Origin: Octopus sinensis
Taxonomy: Eukaryota
Length of the DNA stretch: 54,073 bases
Reading direction: 5' to 3'
Assembly: GCF_006345805.1 (NCBI RefSeq)
Contig: NW_021833797.1
Span: 1-54,073, forward strand
Position 1 is the first letter of the stretch. Every line of letters begins with the position of its first letter. Shown here piece after piece: positions 23,081 through 36,059 of this stretch. The position numbers were made by a program, and so were the translations under genes. Under the pieces are notes generated by a model that did no database searches, had not been told where the DNA came from, and saw nothing but the letters and a program-made list of their open reading frames with translations.

Positions 23081-23592
23081 CATTATTATTATCATCATCA
23101 TCATCATCATTATTATTATTATTATTGTTTTTATTATTATATTATTATTATTATCATTATTATTATCATCATCATCATCATTATTATTATTATTATTGTT
23201 ATTATTATTATTATTATTATTATCATTATTATCATTACTATTATTTCTTTGTGATCATTAGTGTCTTTGGTTGTGAAGTCCCAAAGGGTCAATCATTGAT
23301 TTACTGCAATTACGATGGAGAGAGAGAGAGCTAGGGGAGTGTCTATGTAACTCGGGCGGAAAAACTATATCGAATTATTTTTGATCCCGACTATATATAT
23401 ATATATGTGTGTGTGAGTGTATATATTTATATACACGACGGGTTCCTTTCAATTTCCGCCCACCAAATCTATCCACAGGCTTTGGTTGGCTCGAGGCTAT
23501 AGTAGAGGCCACGCAATGGGGTTGAGCCTACCGTGTACCGTGAACCGGGCGGTTGGGAAGCAATATTATTACCATACAGACATGCCTGCGTA

Positions 23593-23638
<46 letters not shown>

Positions 23639-23713
23639 CCACGTCCTTGCGTTGTGTGTTTTTTTTTGTTTTCTTGTTTGGATTAACTGTATATATATTA
23701 TATCTATATATAT

Positions 23714-23770
<57 letters not shown>

Positions 23771-23820
23771 ATATTATATAATATATATATAATATATATA
23801 TAATATATATATATATATAT

Positions 23821-24146
23821 GAAGGCTCCATGGCTCAGTGGTTAGAGCGTCGAGCTTACCATGGAAGTTGTGAGCTCGAATCCCGGACCGGCTGCGTGTT
23901 GTGTTCTTGAGCAAGGCACTTTATTTCACGTTGCTCCAGTTCACTCAGCTTAGAAATGAGTTGCGACGTCACTGGTGCCAAGCTGTATCGACCTTGTCTT
24001 TCCCTTGGATAACACTGGTGGCGTGGAGAGGGGAGGCTGGTTGCATGGCGACTGCTGGTCTTCCATAAACAACCTTGCCCCGACTTGTGTCTAGGGGTAA
24101 CTTTCTGGTGCAATCCCATGGTCATTCATGACCGAAGGGGGTCTTT
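23821..24146 (+). mobile_element. SINE family D
   Basis: gaaggc.catggctcagtggttagagcgtcgagc head, ttgagcaaggcactt core; matches 32282 and 35612 copies. Confidence 0.85.
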
Positions 24147-24265
24147 TTATAATATATATATATTAATAATAATAATATTAGGGAATAAATCCAAACTTAC
24201 AGGGAAAAATTAGATTTAGGATTAATCCAATTTTATAGTATAAATATATTATATTATATTATATA

Positions 24266-24709
24266 AAATTAGAGATAAAACCACTATTAGGCAAATCAAA
24301 CAGTGAAAAACATAAGCCAAACATAAATTAATTTTAAAATATAAAGGTTAAAATTAAAAAATTATTAAAATAATTTAAACTTATAAATTTTAAATATATA
24401 TATACAAATATATATATATATATATATAGATATATAATATATATATATATATATATCTATATATATATATGTATGTGTATTTTTATATTTATATATTATT
24501 TTGTTTAATTAATTAATTAATTATTTATTTATTTATTACATATATTATATATATATATATATTTTGTATATATATATTTAAAATTTATAAGTTTAAATTA
24601 TTTTAATAATTTTTTTAATTTTTAACCTTTATATTTTAAAATTAATTTTATGTATTGGCTTATGTTTTTCACTGTTTGATTTCCCTAATAGTGGTTTTAT
24701 CTCTAATTT
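24266..24709. repeat. AT-rich fold-back with ~155-bp near-perfect arms
   Basis: aaattagagataaaaccactattagg.. mirrors ..cctaatagtggttttatctctaattt. Confidence 0.88.
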
Positions 24710-24754
24710 AATATAATATAATATATATATATATATATTATAATTCTTTTATTC

Positions 24755-25148
24755 TTTTATTCTTTCACTTGTTTCAGTCATTTGGCTGCGGCCATGCTGG
24801 AGCACCGCCTTTAGTCGAGCAAATCGACCCCGGGACTTATTCTTCGTAAGTCCAGTACTTATTCTATCGGTCACTTTTGCCGAACCGCTAAGTGACGGGG
24901 ACGTAAACACACCAGCATCGGTTGTCAAGCAATGCTAGGGGGACAAACACAGACACACAAACACACACATACATACATATATATATACATACATACGACA
25001 GGCTTCTTTTCAGTTTCCGTCTACCAAATCCACTCACAAGGCATTGGTTGGCCCGGGGCTATAGCAGAAGACACTTGCCCAAGATGTCACGCAGTGGGAC
25101 TGAACCCGGAACTATGTGGTTGGTTAGCAAGCTACTTACCACACAGCC
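24755..25148 (-). mobile_element. SINE family A
   Basis: Family A sequence. Confidence 0.85.
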
Positions 25149-25524
25149 TTGGAAGTGGATGCGTGGCGTTCGATCATATAATAAGAAGTAATAAATAAAA
25201 CATATGCATATATACATACATATATGTACATACCTACATCTATATGTATATATACATGCATATATGGGTACGGGACACCAAACAAAAAAACGTAGAACAC
25301 AACGAGAGACGAAAACATAAAAACAAAAACATGGAAACGGACTTTTTCAAAGAACGAAAAAACAGAGTATAAGACATACAACACAAGGAACATTCCCCTT
25401 CTTGAGCTGCTCTTCCTTCGACTACTCCGTGTTTCGAAGGTACCTTTTGAGTTCAATTCCAGCTGAGGTCAAGTTTGCCTTTCATCCTTTTTGAGTTCGA
25501 GATAATTGACTATTTCCCGCCTTT

Positions 25525-25566
25525 AGAAGCCCGTCGTATATATGTATATGTATATGTATATATATA

Positions 25567-25613
<47 letters not shown>

Positions 25614-25624
25614 TATATACATAT

Positions 25625-25682
<58 letters not shown>

Positions 25683-26585
25683 TATATATATTATGTGTGG
25701 TGTGTTTGTGCTTTGTCCCCCCCAACATCGCTTGACAACCGATGCCGGTGTGTTTACGTAACCCGTAACTTAGCGGTTCGGCAAAAGAGCCCGATAGAAT
25801 AAGTACTAGGCTTCCAAAGAATAAGTCCTGGGATCGATTTGCTTGACTAAAGGCGGTGCTCCAGCATGGCTGCAGTCAAATGACTGAAACAAGTAAAAGA
25901 GAGTGAGTAAACACACACACACTCACACACACACACACAACACACACACACACACACACACCACACATTTTTATTCCACTCTTTACCTACTCTTTTGATT
26001 CTTCTTGATTTTGGTACAAGGCCAGAAATTCTAAAGGCGGGAAATAGTCAATTATCTCGATCTCAAAAATGTTTAAAAGCAAACTTGACCTCGGCTGGAT
26101 TTGAACTCAAAACGTAAACAGCCAAAACAAATATTGGCTTCAAATTTTGGCACAAGGTCAGCAAATTCGGGGGAGGGGTTACCTGATTACATCGACCCCT
26201 GTATTCAACTGGTGCTTATTTCATCAACCCCGGAAGGATGAAAGGAAAAGTCGACCTTGGCAGAATTTGAACTCAGAACAAAACCCCGCAAAGCATTTCG
26301 CCTGGCATGCTAACGATTCTGTCAACTCACCGCCGTGTCAGTTATTAATATTAAAAGAGGGAAAAAGGTGCCGAGCTTGCGGAACCTTTAGCACTCCGGG
26401 AAAAAATGCCTAGCGGCATTTCGTCCGTCGTTACGTTCTAAGTTCAAATTCCGCCGAGGTTGACTTTGCTTTCATCTTTTCGGGGTCGATGAAATAAGTA
26501 CCAAAGAAGAACTTGGGTCGATGTAATCGACTTGACCCCCCCCCCCACTGCAAAATTTCCGGCCTTGTGCCTATAGTAGAAAGGA
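25525..26585. mobile_element. SINE cluster: A 3' half (25525-25885 +), B (26010-26335 -), B (26365-26585 +)
   Basis: Family motifs as above. Confidence 0.75.
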
Positions 26586-27515
26586 ATAAATAATAACAAA
26601 CTGCAGGCTATAAAGAGTGTGAGAGTTTGACAAAACCTGAGGCTCGTTTCACTGAAAATCCTGCTTCAGTTGTATTAAGTGAAAATATAACGTTAATAGA
26701 ATCGGTGCATTTCGTTACTTCACTTAGTAACGTAATAACATAATTAACTGTGTAAATGCTATTTGGTTTAGTGGCTACTGAAGCTCTTATGTGGTTTACT
26801 GCTTTGCCATTCCGTGCAACTGTTAGTAAGTTATAATTTAATGTAGTTTATTGCTCCACTAGTGTCCAGTACAATTTATTGCTTTTGTAGTGTCCATTGC
26901 TGTTAGTGGTCACTCCGCTATGCAACACCGTGCAATGAATTTATCCTCCAGTTTGGTCCAAGAAAGGAGATATTTTCTACGAACCATTAATGAAGAGGTA
27001 TTATGTATTCTCTCCTGATATTTATATTTGTTCACAAATATTTCCCGAACAAATCCAAATATATTTGGATATTTACATAGGACCAAGGTCAGTCATGTGT
27101 CCTAGGAATCCTACGGCCGGTACTTGATCCGGTTTCCATGGGGTATAGTTGACCGAAATCAAAACCCCCTTCCGCGGAATGAGATGCCTGTCCATCGAAG
27201 GTTTAATGTCCTTGTTATTGCAGGGATTCATTTACAGCTGAGTGGGCTGGAGCAACATGAAATGAAATGATTTTGTTGGAGAACACAACGTGCCTCCCGG
27301 TCCGAGGAACGTGACCTCGATCTCTCGATCGTCAGTGCAACACCCTAACCACTAAGCCATACACCTTCACATATTTCCTACTATCTCCTCTTTGTTATTC
27401 ACTCATACCAGAATCGAATGTTGTTGATGCTGTTGTTGTTGTAGCTGCGATTTAGCGTCCCAAGTCAAACTTTGATTCGGAAAATCTATGAAGAAAGGTG
27501 TTGAAATGAATTTAA

Positions 27516-27821
27516 GGTACACGGACGGGATGCCGGGATGTCGAATGCACTTTTGCCGAAGGACAAGAAGCCGAACGGACACAATGCCGAACAGGCATGA
27601 AACCGAACGGACATGATGTCGAAAAGACATACAAAAATTTAAATATATGATAACCTTTTTATTCATACAATATGACCATAGGTAGGAATATTTTTTGTTT
27701 TTTGCATTATTGTGTCCATTCACCATTGTATCCGTTTGGGTTTATGTCCACCGCTCGGTATTGTGTCCGTTCGGCTTCTTGTCCTTCGGCCAACGTGCAT
27801 TCGGCATCCTGTTCGTGCACG
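27516..27821. mobile_element. MITE-like element with ~70-bp terminal inverted repeats
   Basis: gccgaaggacaagaagccgaacggacacaat at the left mirrors attgtgtccgttcggcttcttgtccttcggc at the right. Confidence 0.7.
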
Positions 27822-29146
27822 GAATTTAATCCTTACTTTAATATACTGTCTATTCTGTGTATTTATATTATACTGTGTATTTATATTATATTGCATACAC
27901 ATTTCTTACACGTTTTTTTATGGAACTAGAGCATGATTTGAGGGGGATTTGGCTGCCATTTCTTGCTGGTGGAGCGACTGCGTAGGTGCCCCTTAGTTGG
28001 TTCTACTATCATATGCTCTACTTTTCTTTATTTCTGTCTCTTTGTATATGTCACTTCTTATTCCATCATCCTGTAATTTTTATTTCTTCTGGAGGATAGA
28101 ACTCAATCTATGAAAGATAACACCGAAGAGAAATTCTTTCCTTAACCCAAAGCATTTTAATGTAAGAATAAAACGACTTCAGGCTTCAACGTGTCTTAGA
28201 ATTTTCTTCAAACGTACCATTATTCTTCCACTGGTAACTACCATTATTTTCTGTTTCCATCATCATCCTTGTTAGCCTTGACTGGCTGTGTTTTATTTAT
28301 TTATTTCCAAGATTCCAATAAATCTTTCATCGTTTCTTTCAACTCCCCTCCAGCATCTTCCAATCAAATTCTTTCTTTTCGCGCCTCCTTAAACCGTCTT
28401 ATCTGTCAAGATCCAATAAAAACAAGTTGACAATCAACGCTAAATATTTGGAACACTGGATTTGATTCTGCTACTCAGAACCATACATCAATCTATACAA
28501 CACTATATTCTTCTGATATTTGAGAGGGGATAATGGCATTAGAAATATATATCTGGTTTGTCTTCGAGTAGAGACGGTGCTATCCAGTTAATATATGCTG
28601 ACAAGAATCGAAAAGATTACACGTTTATGAACCAAAGTGTCTACCATTGTTGACTGGAAGATCCACTTATCACTTAGCATATAAACATGACGGTTCTGTA
28701 TTATAAACCTAATATTCGTCGTAGAGGAAGCCTTTTAATAATACTCAAATCTATTAAGTACCCTTTTTATTTAAATTTGATTCATGAGGCACAAAAGATT
28801 TCGTCACACAGCTGCGACCTTGTCACTGACATGGTTCTGTTGAAACTCGTGTACTGCGTTAGTGATTAATTCGCAGTTGTGTGATGAACTTTGGACAACT
28901 CATGAAATAAATATGAAGTGAATTTAACGGTTGGGTGTTAATAAATGACTCTTGATTATACCGCAATGAAATTACTATAGTTTCAACACAAGCACTCATA
29001 TCAAGTCATTTGGCAACAGTACTATTAACACTCGTCGGTTATATGTATGTATAAATATATATATATATACACATATGATAGATCGTTAGCTACAACATAC
29101 ATTTTTTTCTCTCCTTGTTTCTCTCCTTGTTTTTTTTTTCTGTGTA

Positions 29147-29184
29147 TCTTTCTGTCGAAGAGCGTAGGCTCGAAACGTAAAAGA
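29147..29184 (+). ncRNA. Variant minimal hammerhead-like motif in a probable Penelope-like terminal remnant
   Basis: TCTTT-CTGTCGA-A-GAGC-GTAG-GCTC-GAAA-CG-TA-AAAGA. Stems I and II pair, but core A6 is T. Confidence 0.45.
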
Positions 29185-29274
29185 CTTTTTCTATTCGTGA
29201 GCGCTATACTAATACATTTGTTTGTTTTGTACTCCACCTGCCTTCGTCTTTTTTTATTTTCGTAAACTTTCCCT

Positions 29275-29275
29275 T

Positions 29276-29361
<86 letters not shown>

Positions 29362-29411
29362 ATATATATGTATATAATATAATAGATGTATATATATATA
29401 TATATAGTATG

Positions 29412-29444
<33 letters not shown>

Positions 29445-29625
29445 GTATATTACAATTCTTGTTAACTAGCTTCCTGATGATTTCTCTTGAATGAAACAGT
29501 TCTAGTCCTGTAGAAGCTCCTTCTATATAATAAATAAAAAAAAATATATATGTATATATATATATGTATATATATGTATATATATATATTGTAATGTATA
29601 TATATATATATGTATATATATATAT

Positions 29626-29658
<33 letters not shown>

Positions 29659-29680
29659 GTATTATATATATATTATGTTG

Positions 29681-29749
<69 letters not shown>

Positions 29750-30259
29750 TATATATTATATGGATATATATATATTATGTATGTATATAATTTGTAAAAC
29801 GTTCGTTTCGTAAGCTTTGTGATGTAAGGCAGTATATTTTAGTATATGTTGTTGCACATTGGGAGGGACACTCAACTACTAAAAAACACGCTCTGCTTGT
29901 AGTTCACTGATTTATTGTTAATTAATAAATAAATTAATTGCTTAATTGATTATTGATTGCTTTGCCAAAATCGATCACCACAGAGGTCTGCCCTCCCACT
30001 CTCTGTCCTCCTGCAACCTGCTTTTTTATCATTCATGGCAGGTAGTCAGTACGTATGTATATATATATACGTGTGTATGTGTGTATGTGAGTGCGTGTGC
30101 GCGAGTGTGTGTGTGAGTGTGTGTGCGTGTGTGCGAGTGTACGTGTGTGTGCTTGTGTGTATGTTTAGTTGTAAATTGTTGGTGGTACCGTATATTTGAT
30201 GCGATGTACATGAGCACAGGCTTTATATCTTCGCACGCTCATATACATATATGTATGTA

Positions 30260-30347
<88 letters not shown>

Positions 30348-30400
30348 TATATATACATACATACATATATACTTACATAAGTACTTATGTACGTACACAC
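29275..30400. repeat. Compound (TA)n/(TG)n/(TATG)n microsatellites
   Basis: Direct reading. Confidence 0.95.
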
Positions 30401-30539
30401 ATACACAAAAATATTATTATCTTTTACTTTTTTCAGTCATTAGACTGCAGCCATGCTTGGCATATACATATATACGCGCGCACACACGCACGTACGCACA
30501 AAATCTAAACACACACACATACACACACACACACACACA

Positions 30540-31482
30540 TCAGGTGATCCTGTATGTTCTGTCCGAATTTCGAATAAAGAAAACATGTGATAAAATGTTA
30601 TATTTAATTGAAATTTAATCATCAATGTACCTTCCCTGATTATCTATGACTTCCTTCCATCTATTTACAAGCTTTTTAATCCCATCAATGTAAAACTCTT
30701 TTGGTTTCAAAGTGAAGAATTCTGAAATGTCAGTTTCGACCTCCTCCTGGCTTGCGAAAGTTATGTCCCCCAAAAGATTCTGTAAACTACGAAACAAATG
30801 GTAGTCTGAAGGAGCAAGGTCGGGAGAATAAGATGGATGAGGAATTTTTTTCCCAACCAAGCCCTTCGATCTTCTGTGATGTGATCTTTGCAGTGTGGGG
30901 TTGTGCATTGTCCTGATGAAACATCACTCCTTTTCCATTCAGTAAAGCGAGTCTTTTTTTCTTCAAAGCTTGGTTCAAACGCTCTAATTGCTGACAGTAG
31001 ACTTGAGCATTGATTGTTGTATTAGGTGGTAACAACTGAAAGTGAATTATTCCTTTGCAATCCCGCCAGATAGAGAGAAGAGCCTTTTTTCCATGACGTT
31101 CCCTTCTCGGTTGTAGTTGAGCTTTTTCTCTTCTACCAAGCAACTGTTTACGACGTTTGACATTTCGATAGAAGATCCATTTTTCGTCACCAGTTACAAG
31201 TCTATCCAAAAAGGGTGAAATGAGTTCGCGAGAATGGAGAGAAGAGCAGATGCCAACTCAGGATTTGCGGTCGACTTCGGACAATTCACGAGGTACCCAT
31301 TTCCCAAGCTTAGAAATCTTTCCAAATTGTTGAAGATGACGAACAGTTGTATGGTTTGAACTAAGCTTTATTGCCAATTCTTCAACTGATAATGCAGAAT
31401 TTTCCCATTAGATATTCTAAAATACTATTAAATTTCATTCAATTTTAAAAAAGGTAAAATCGGACACAACTTGTAGGATGAC

Positions 31483-31486
<4 letters not shown>
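30540..31486 (-). mobile_element. Mariner (DD34D) transposon, internally deleted and inactive
   Basis: ~31-bp imperfect TIRs (TCAGGTGATCCTGTATGTTCTGTCCGAATTT / rc TCAGGTCATCCTACAAGTTGTGTCCGATTTT), TA at right end. WVPREL, TGDEKW, HQDNA, YSPDLAPSD motifs with 34-aa D-D spacing. In-frame TGA, +1 in an A-run at ~30850, N-terminus missing. Confidence 0.93.
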
Positions 31487-31561
<75 letters not shown>

Positions 31562-31869
31562 GTGTATACTTTTGCTGGTGTTTATCGTCATCTGAGAGGA
31601 GGTTTATCCGTGTAGATGGTTTAACCTAATACCGTCGTGTTTGTATTATTCTAGTTGAAATTCAGTTCAAATTCCGCTGAGGTCGTCTTTACCTTTCATC
31701 CTTTCGGGGTCGATAAATTCTGGGCTCGATATAGTCGACTGGTCCCCAGACCCCTGCCTATAGTAGAAAAGATTATTTTAGCTGTAATGTTGAGTTATTT
31801 ATATTTCACTGTCGTGTTGGTGCTTTTCTGGGGCTTATTGTTACGCCACCCATTCTTACTACTGAGGTA

Positions 31870-32220
31870 GTGAAGAGTTTCCCAATCTGCTTTTAGCGTG
31901 TGAACTGTCTCAGTGACTTACCTGAATGTCGGATCCCGTTGGTGTCCTAAATGAAATGCTATTACAACTTTCTTTTATTGATCATTGTGTACATAGCGTG
32001 ATTGGTGAGTGTAGATGTTGGTTTCTTCCCATTGTATTCTCACTGTGTTCTTTGCTCTTTTCACCTATACTACCGTCCATGTACCTTATGTATTTTATAT
32101 GGATACTTCAATGTTTCCAAGCGTTTCATACTGAACAAAATGTCCCTAGATTTACTGTATATTTGAGCTTGATTGCGCGCACTTTGCAGTTATTGTTGGT
32201 ATAGTTTTCTTCGGTCTCAA
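31870..32220 (-). mobile_element. Degenerate R4-like LINE fragment
   Basis: By-eye similarity to the zinc-knuckle/ILWD/PDI region of the other R4-like pieces; many stops. Confidence 0.4.
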
Positions 32221-32281
32221 ATGAGTATGATCTGTAAAATAGTTATTTAATGACCTATTAATTAATTAATTAATTATTTGT

Positions 32282-32660
32282 GAAGGCGCACGGCTTAGTG
32301 GTTAGAGCATCGGGCTCACGATCTTGAGGTTGTGAGTTAGATTCTCAGACCGGGCTGCATGTTGTGTTTTTGAGAAAGACACTTTATTTTCATATTGCTC
32401 CAGTTCACTTAGCTGTAGAAATAAGTTGCGACGTCAATGGTGCCAAGCCGTATCGGCCTTTACCTTTCCCTTGGATAACACTGGTGTCGTGCAGAGGGGA
32501 GGCTGGTATGCATGGGCGACTGCTGGTCTTCCATAAACAACTATGCTCGGACTTGTGCCTCGGAGAGGAACTTTTTAGGTTCATCGGACTTGTACCTCGG
32601 AGAAGAACATTTTAGGTGCATCCCATGGTCATTCATGATCGAGGTGGTCTTTACCTTTTA
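32282..32660 (+). mobile_element. SINE family D
   Basis: Family D sequence with a small internal tandem duplication (ggacttgt.cctcggaga) near the tail. Confidence 0.82.
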
Positions 32661-32988
32661 CCCTTTAATTAGTTATTTAATGAATTTGTTTTCTACTTTT
32701 TTCATTCTAAAAAAGGGCTTTTCTAAATCTGTGTTCTAGTTTGTATCTGGGTTTAGCGGCGATAGTTCTAGTAGTGATGACGATGATGATGGTGCTGGTG
32801 GTGATGATGGTCATGATAGTGGTGATGAGGATACGATGGTGATGATAACGAAAAATGCTGTCACGCCAAAAGCCTGTCGATTCTTTTAATTTTTCGATTC
32901 TAATTTTTCGTTCCAACTTAACTCTCAATATATGCAGCTTACTCCACCCGCAATAACCCCTACTTAATTCTACATTACCCTATTCCAG

Positions 32989-33124
32989 TATAAATACCCC
33001 TTCACTACCCCAATAATGCTGAGATGAGGATTGTATAAAGCTGACAACATAGAACATATAAATACCCCTTCACTACCTCAATAATGCTGAGATGAGGATT
33101 GTATAAAGCTGACAACATAGAACA
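32989..33124. repeat. 68-bp tandem duplication
   Basis: tataaatacc... starts at 32989 and 33057. Confidence 0.9.
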
Positions 33125-33129
33125 TCCAA

Positions 33130-34700
33130 CCCAGATGACCAGGAATTTCTGAATGAAATACGCGCTCTACCAAATGGTTGTAGAAGTATAATTTCGAGTC
33201 TGTTTCGATGTTATGGCAAAATTTTCAATAAATGAGGTAAAATGGTGTGAGAGGAGGTAATAAACTGCTTCTGAAAGATATGATGACCCTTGATGAGAAA
33301 ATCATCATTACTGGATGATCTTATTCTATCAGCTTTATTCGAATATACCAAAATTGTTCTTTAACCCCGGTGATAACAGACGTATACTACAAGTGACAGA
33401 AGTCCAGGTAGCTCTGTCGAGAAAACACGCAAGCATAGAAGTTATAGCTAGCTAATAATACCTTGTCCATAACACTCTTGTTTATAGATATAAAGAATTT
33501 GAGAAGGTTCTGTGTAGATCTGGTTTGATAGTGCCTTGGTCATTTAAATCATCCCTACCTGATGGCTGCATTAAGTGCGTCTGGCCTCTCTCCTATCTAT
33601 AAAGGCCACACAGGGATCCTGTTAGCATTACGCATTCAGTTCAAAGAGATTGCAACCATTAACCCCTTCAGTACTTTTCTGTTGCTTCTTGAAGCTTTGC
33701 TGTGTAAGTTAGATGCATTCAACTTTAGTAGTGATACAATGGGTAGCAGTCTGCATATGTATTTTAAAGACCCTTTACTCAACTGTTCATGCGGAAAATA
33801 GATAAGAAACTCTAGTGGACTTTAAGGATCATCACATCGCCCTCAGTGACGTGAGGATCAAGGTTCTCGGTGAAGGATACTGAGAGCTACAAAATGCTGA
33901 TAACAGTCGCCGAGATAGGGTTGCTGGAAAGCGGCTGCCGAAAAGAAAATTACCTACCATATGACCTTTGCTCATATGTCAGACTTGTTCACCGCCTATT
34001 TGGTAAAAATCTACTGCAATTGGATACAGAATGATATATTAGTTCTGTAAGCTGAGGGATGGTAGTGTTCTTGAAGAAGAGCGCGATCAAGTAAGGACGT
34101 CGTTGATAATTCCCGATTTATGACTGCCGAATGCAGGAATTAAGATCATGGACATGTCAGAGGTTGCTGATTGTCATCGGGCAAACCTACTCAAACCAAC
34201 AGATCTAAATTTGACAAATCTGGCTTTGAGAGTGATGGGCTGATAAATTTGAAAGAATCGAAATCTTTCGATTGATTCGACCATAGTTACTTAATGACCG
34301 TTCATAAATCATTCGATATCGATCCATTTTCAGCAACATGATCATTTCAGTTTACAGGGGTATTTGTTCGGTGGTCAATCTGGTTACTTTACTTTTTTTT
34401 ATCTGTTTCGGACCACGTGAGCGGTCCATCGAGGGTATTATCTTACATCCCTTCTGTATCTACTGACACTCGAACTCCTGTCGAAAAAACTCTATGTACT
34501 GAAGAGGCATCCCATTTGAAAAGAAACTCGGAAGAACTGTATCAGCATATATGGAAGACATCCCTGTTTTGGAGTCACGCACCACATAAGACAAAGTGGT
34601 TCCATTGTTCTATAGAGAGATGAAACTCATCAAGAAAATGGCTGGGAGGATGCTGTCTCTGAAAATTTCGTCATAGGTAGCGAATATAAACATTTTTCTC
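33130..34700 (+). mobile_element. Highly degenerate L1/Tx1-like LINE RT remnant
   Basis: LINLKESKSFD*FDHSYL (~34240-34300), SLLYLLTLELL (~34450) and SAYMEDIPVL (~34545, YADD equivalent) in RT order. Confidence 0.65.
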
Positions 34701-35172
34701 ATTACATATTACGGTTAAGCCTCAAACTTTGCTCCAATTTTCGTCTGATCAATATCTGCGTTTTCACTTCCTTTGAAAGGGGCATACTCTACTGTTCGAG
34801 CAGTCATTTTGCTACCAACACCCTCAGTGCTTGATGATGCGCAGACATGCGCTACGGCTGTGTAACGTAGAGAAATTCATGGATTGTGAGCTCTGGTTGT
34901 AAACCATTTTCAGGTACGTTTTCCTGTAGTTCGGCCCTTTGATGGTGATGCATCTTTTAGTGAAAAGAAGACAATGACTAGTCTTCTATAGAATGATAAC
35001 TTTCATATTCACATATACTAAACTGATGATGGGGGAAGAGCGATGATACTCTCGGGAAACTGTGCGTCAACGAAGACGAACGGCTGGTCTGTTCTGGAGG
35101 ATTTTCGGCTCGAGAACTGAGGGCAGCTGCTAGAATCATGTTTTTGATTTTCCTTTTCCCGAAAAGGGCAAG

Positions 35173-35221
<49 letters not shown>

Positions 35222-35611
35222 ATTTATGACAAAAGAGGTTGTAAAAGACTAGAGAAAAGACTGAAAAGACTAGAGAGGACAGTGTAATCTTTGGTTCGGT
35301 TCTCATCAACTTGAAAATGAAGGTGGGAAAAGGGATGTTCCAACCTCTGAAGATATATTGAAAGGTGAGTGTGAGTGGCGAGCATAACTCAGGTAACTGA
35401 ACCTACTCTCAGCACCTGCATGTAGGCTGTAGAAGGATTGCTGGGTGAGGGCAACAACTGTTATTGGCCAGGACGATTATGTATCTATGGGACCTCTAAT
35501 TGGCTTTAATTGGATGTCTCCTTCCCCGTAGGGTGCCTTTTTCCTTGTTGCATCAATTACCATAGGTACGATTTTCAACCTTGTGTTCAACAATTTCTTA
35601 ATGTATATGCA

Positions 35612-35950
35612 TGCTGAGACCCCCTTCGGTCATGACTAACTACGGGATTGCACCCAGAAAATTATCCTCCCAGGCACAAGTCCGGGCAAGGTTGTTTATA
35701 GAAGACCAGCAGTCACCCATGCATACCAGCCTCCTCTCTCCACGCCACCAGTGTTATCCAAGGGAAAGGCAAAGGGGCCGATACAGCTGGGAAATGTGAC
35801 GTCGCTGCTCATTTCTACAGCTTAGTGAACTGGAGCAGAGTGAAATAAAGTATCTTGCTCAAGAACATAACACGCAGCCCGGTCCGTGATTCGAACTCAC
35901 AACCTCACGATCGTAAGCTCGACGCTCTAACCACTGAGCCATGCGCCCTC
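35612..35950 (-). mobile_element. SINE family D
   Basis: Reverse complement of family D. Confidence 0.82.
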
Positions 35951-36001
35951 ACTGTATATGCATAGGTCCTGATAAATCAGTATTCTTAACTACTACTACT
36001 G

Positions 36002-36059
<58 letters not shown>

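Noticed and set aside
25395-25440. Minus-strand GAAAC-ACGGA-GTA hammerhead 3' half
   Set aside because: The 5' core is missing (truncated by a SINE fragment); likely a PLE-end remnant but not a complete motif.
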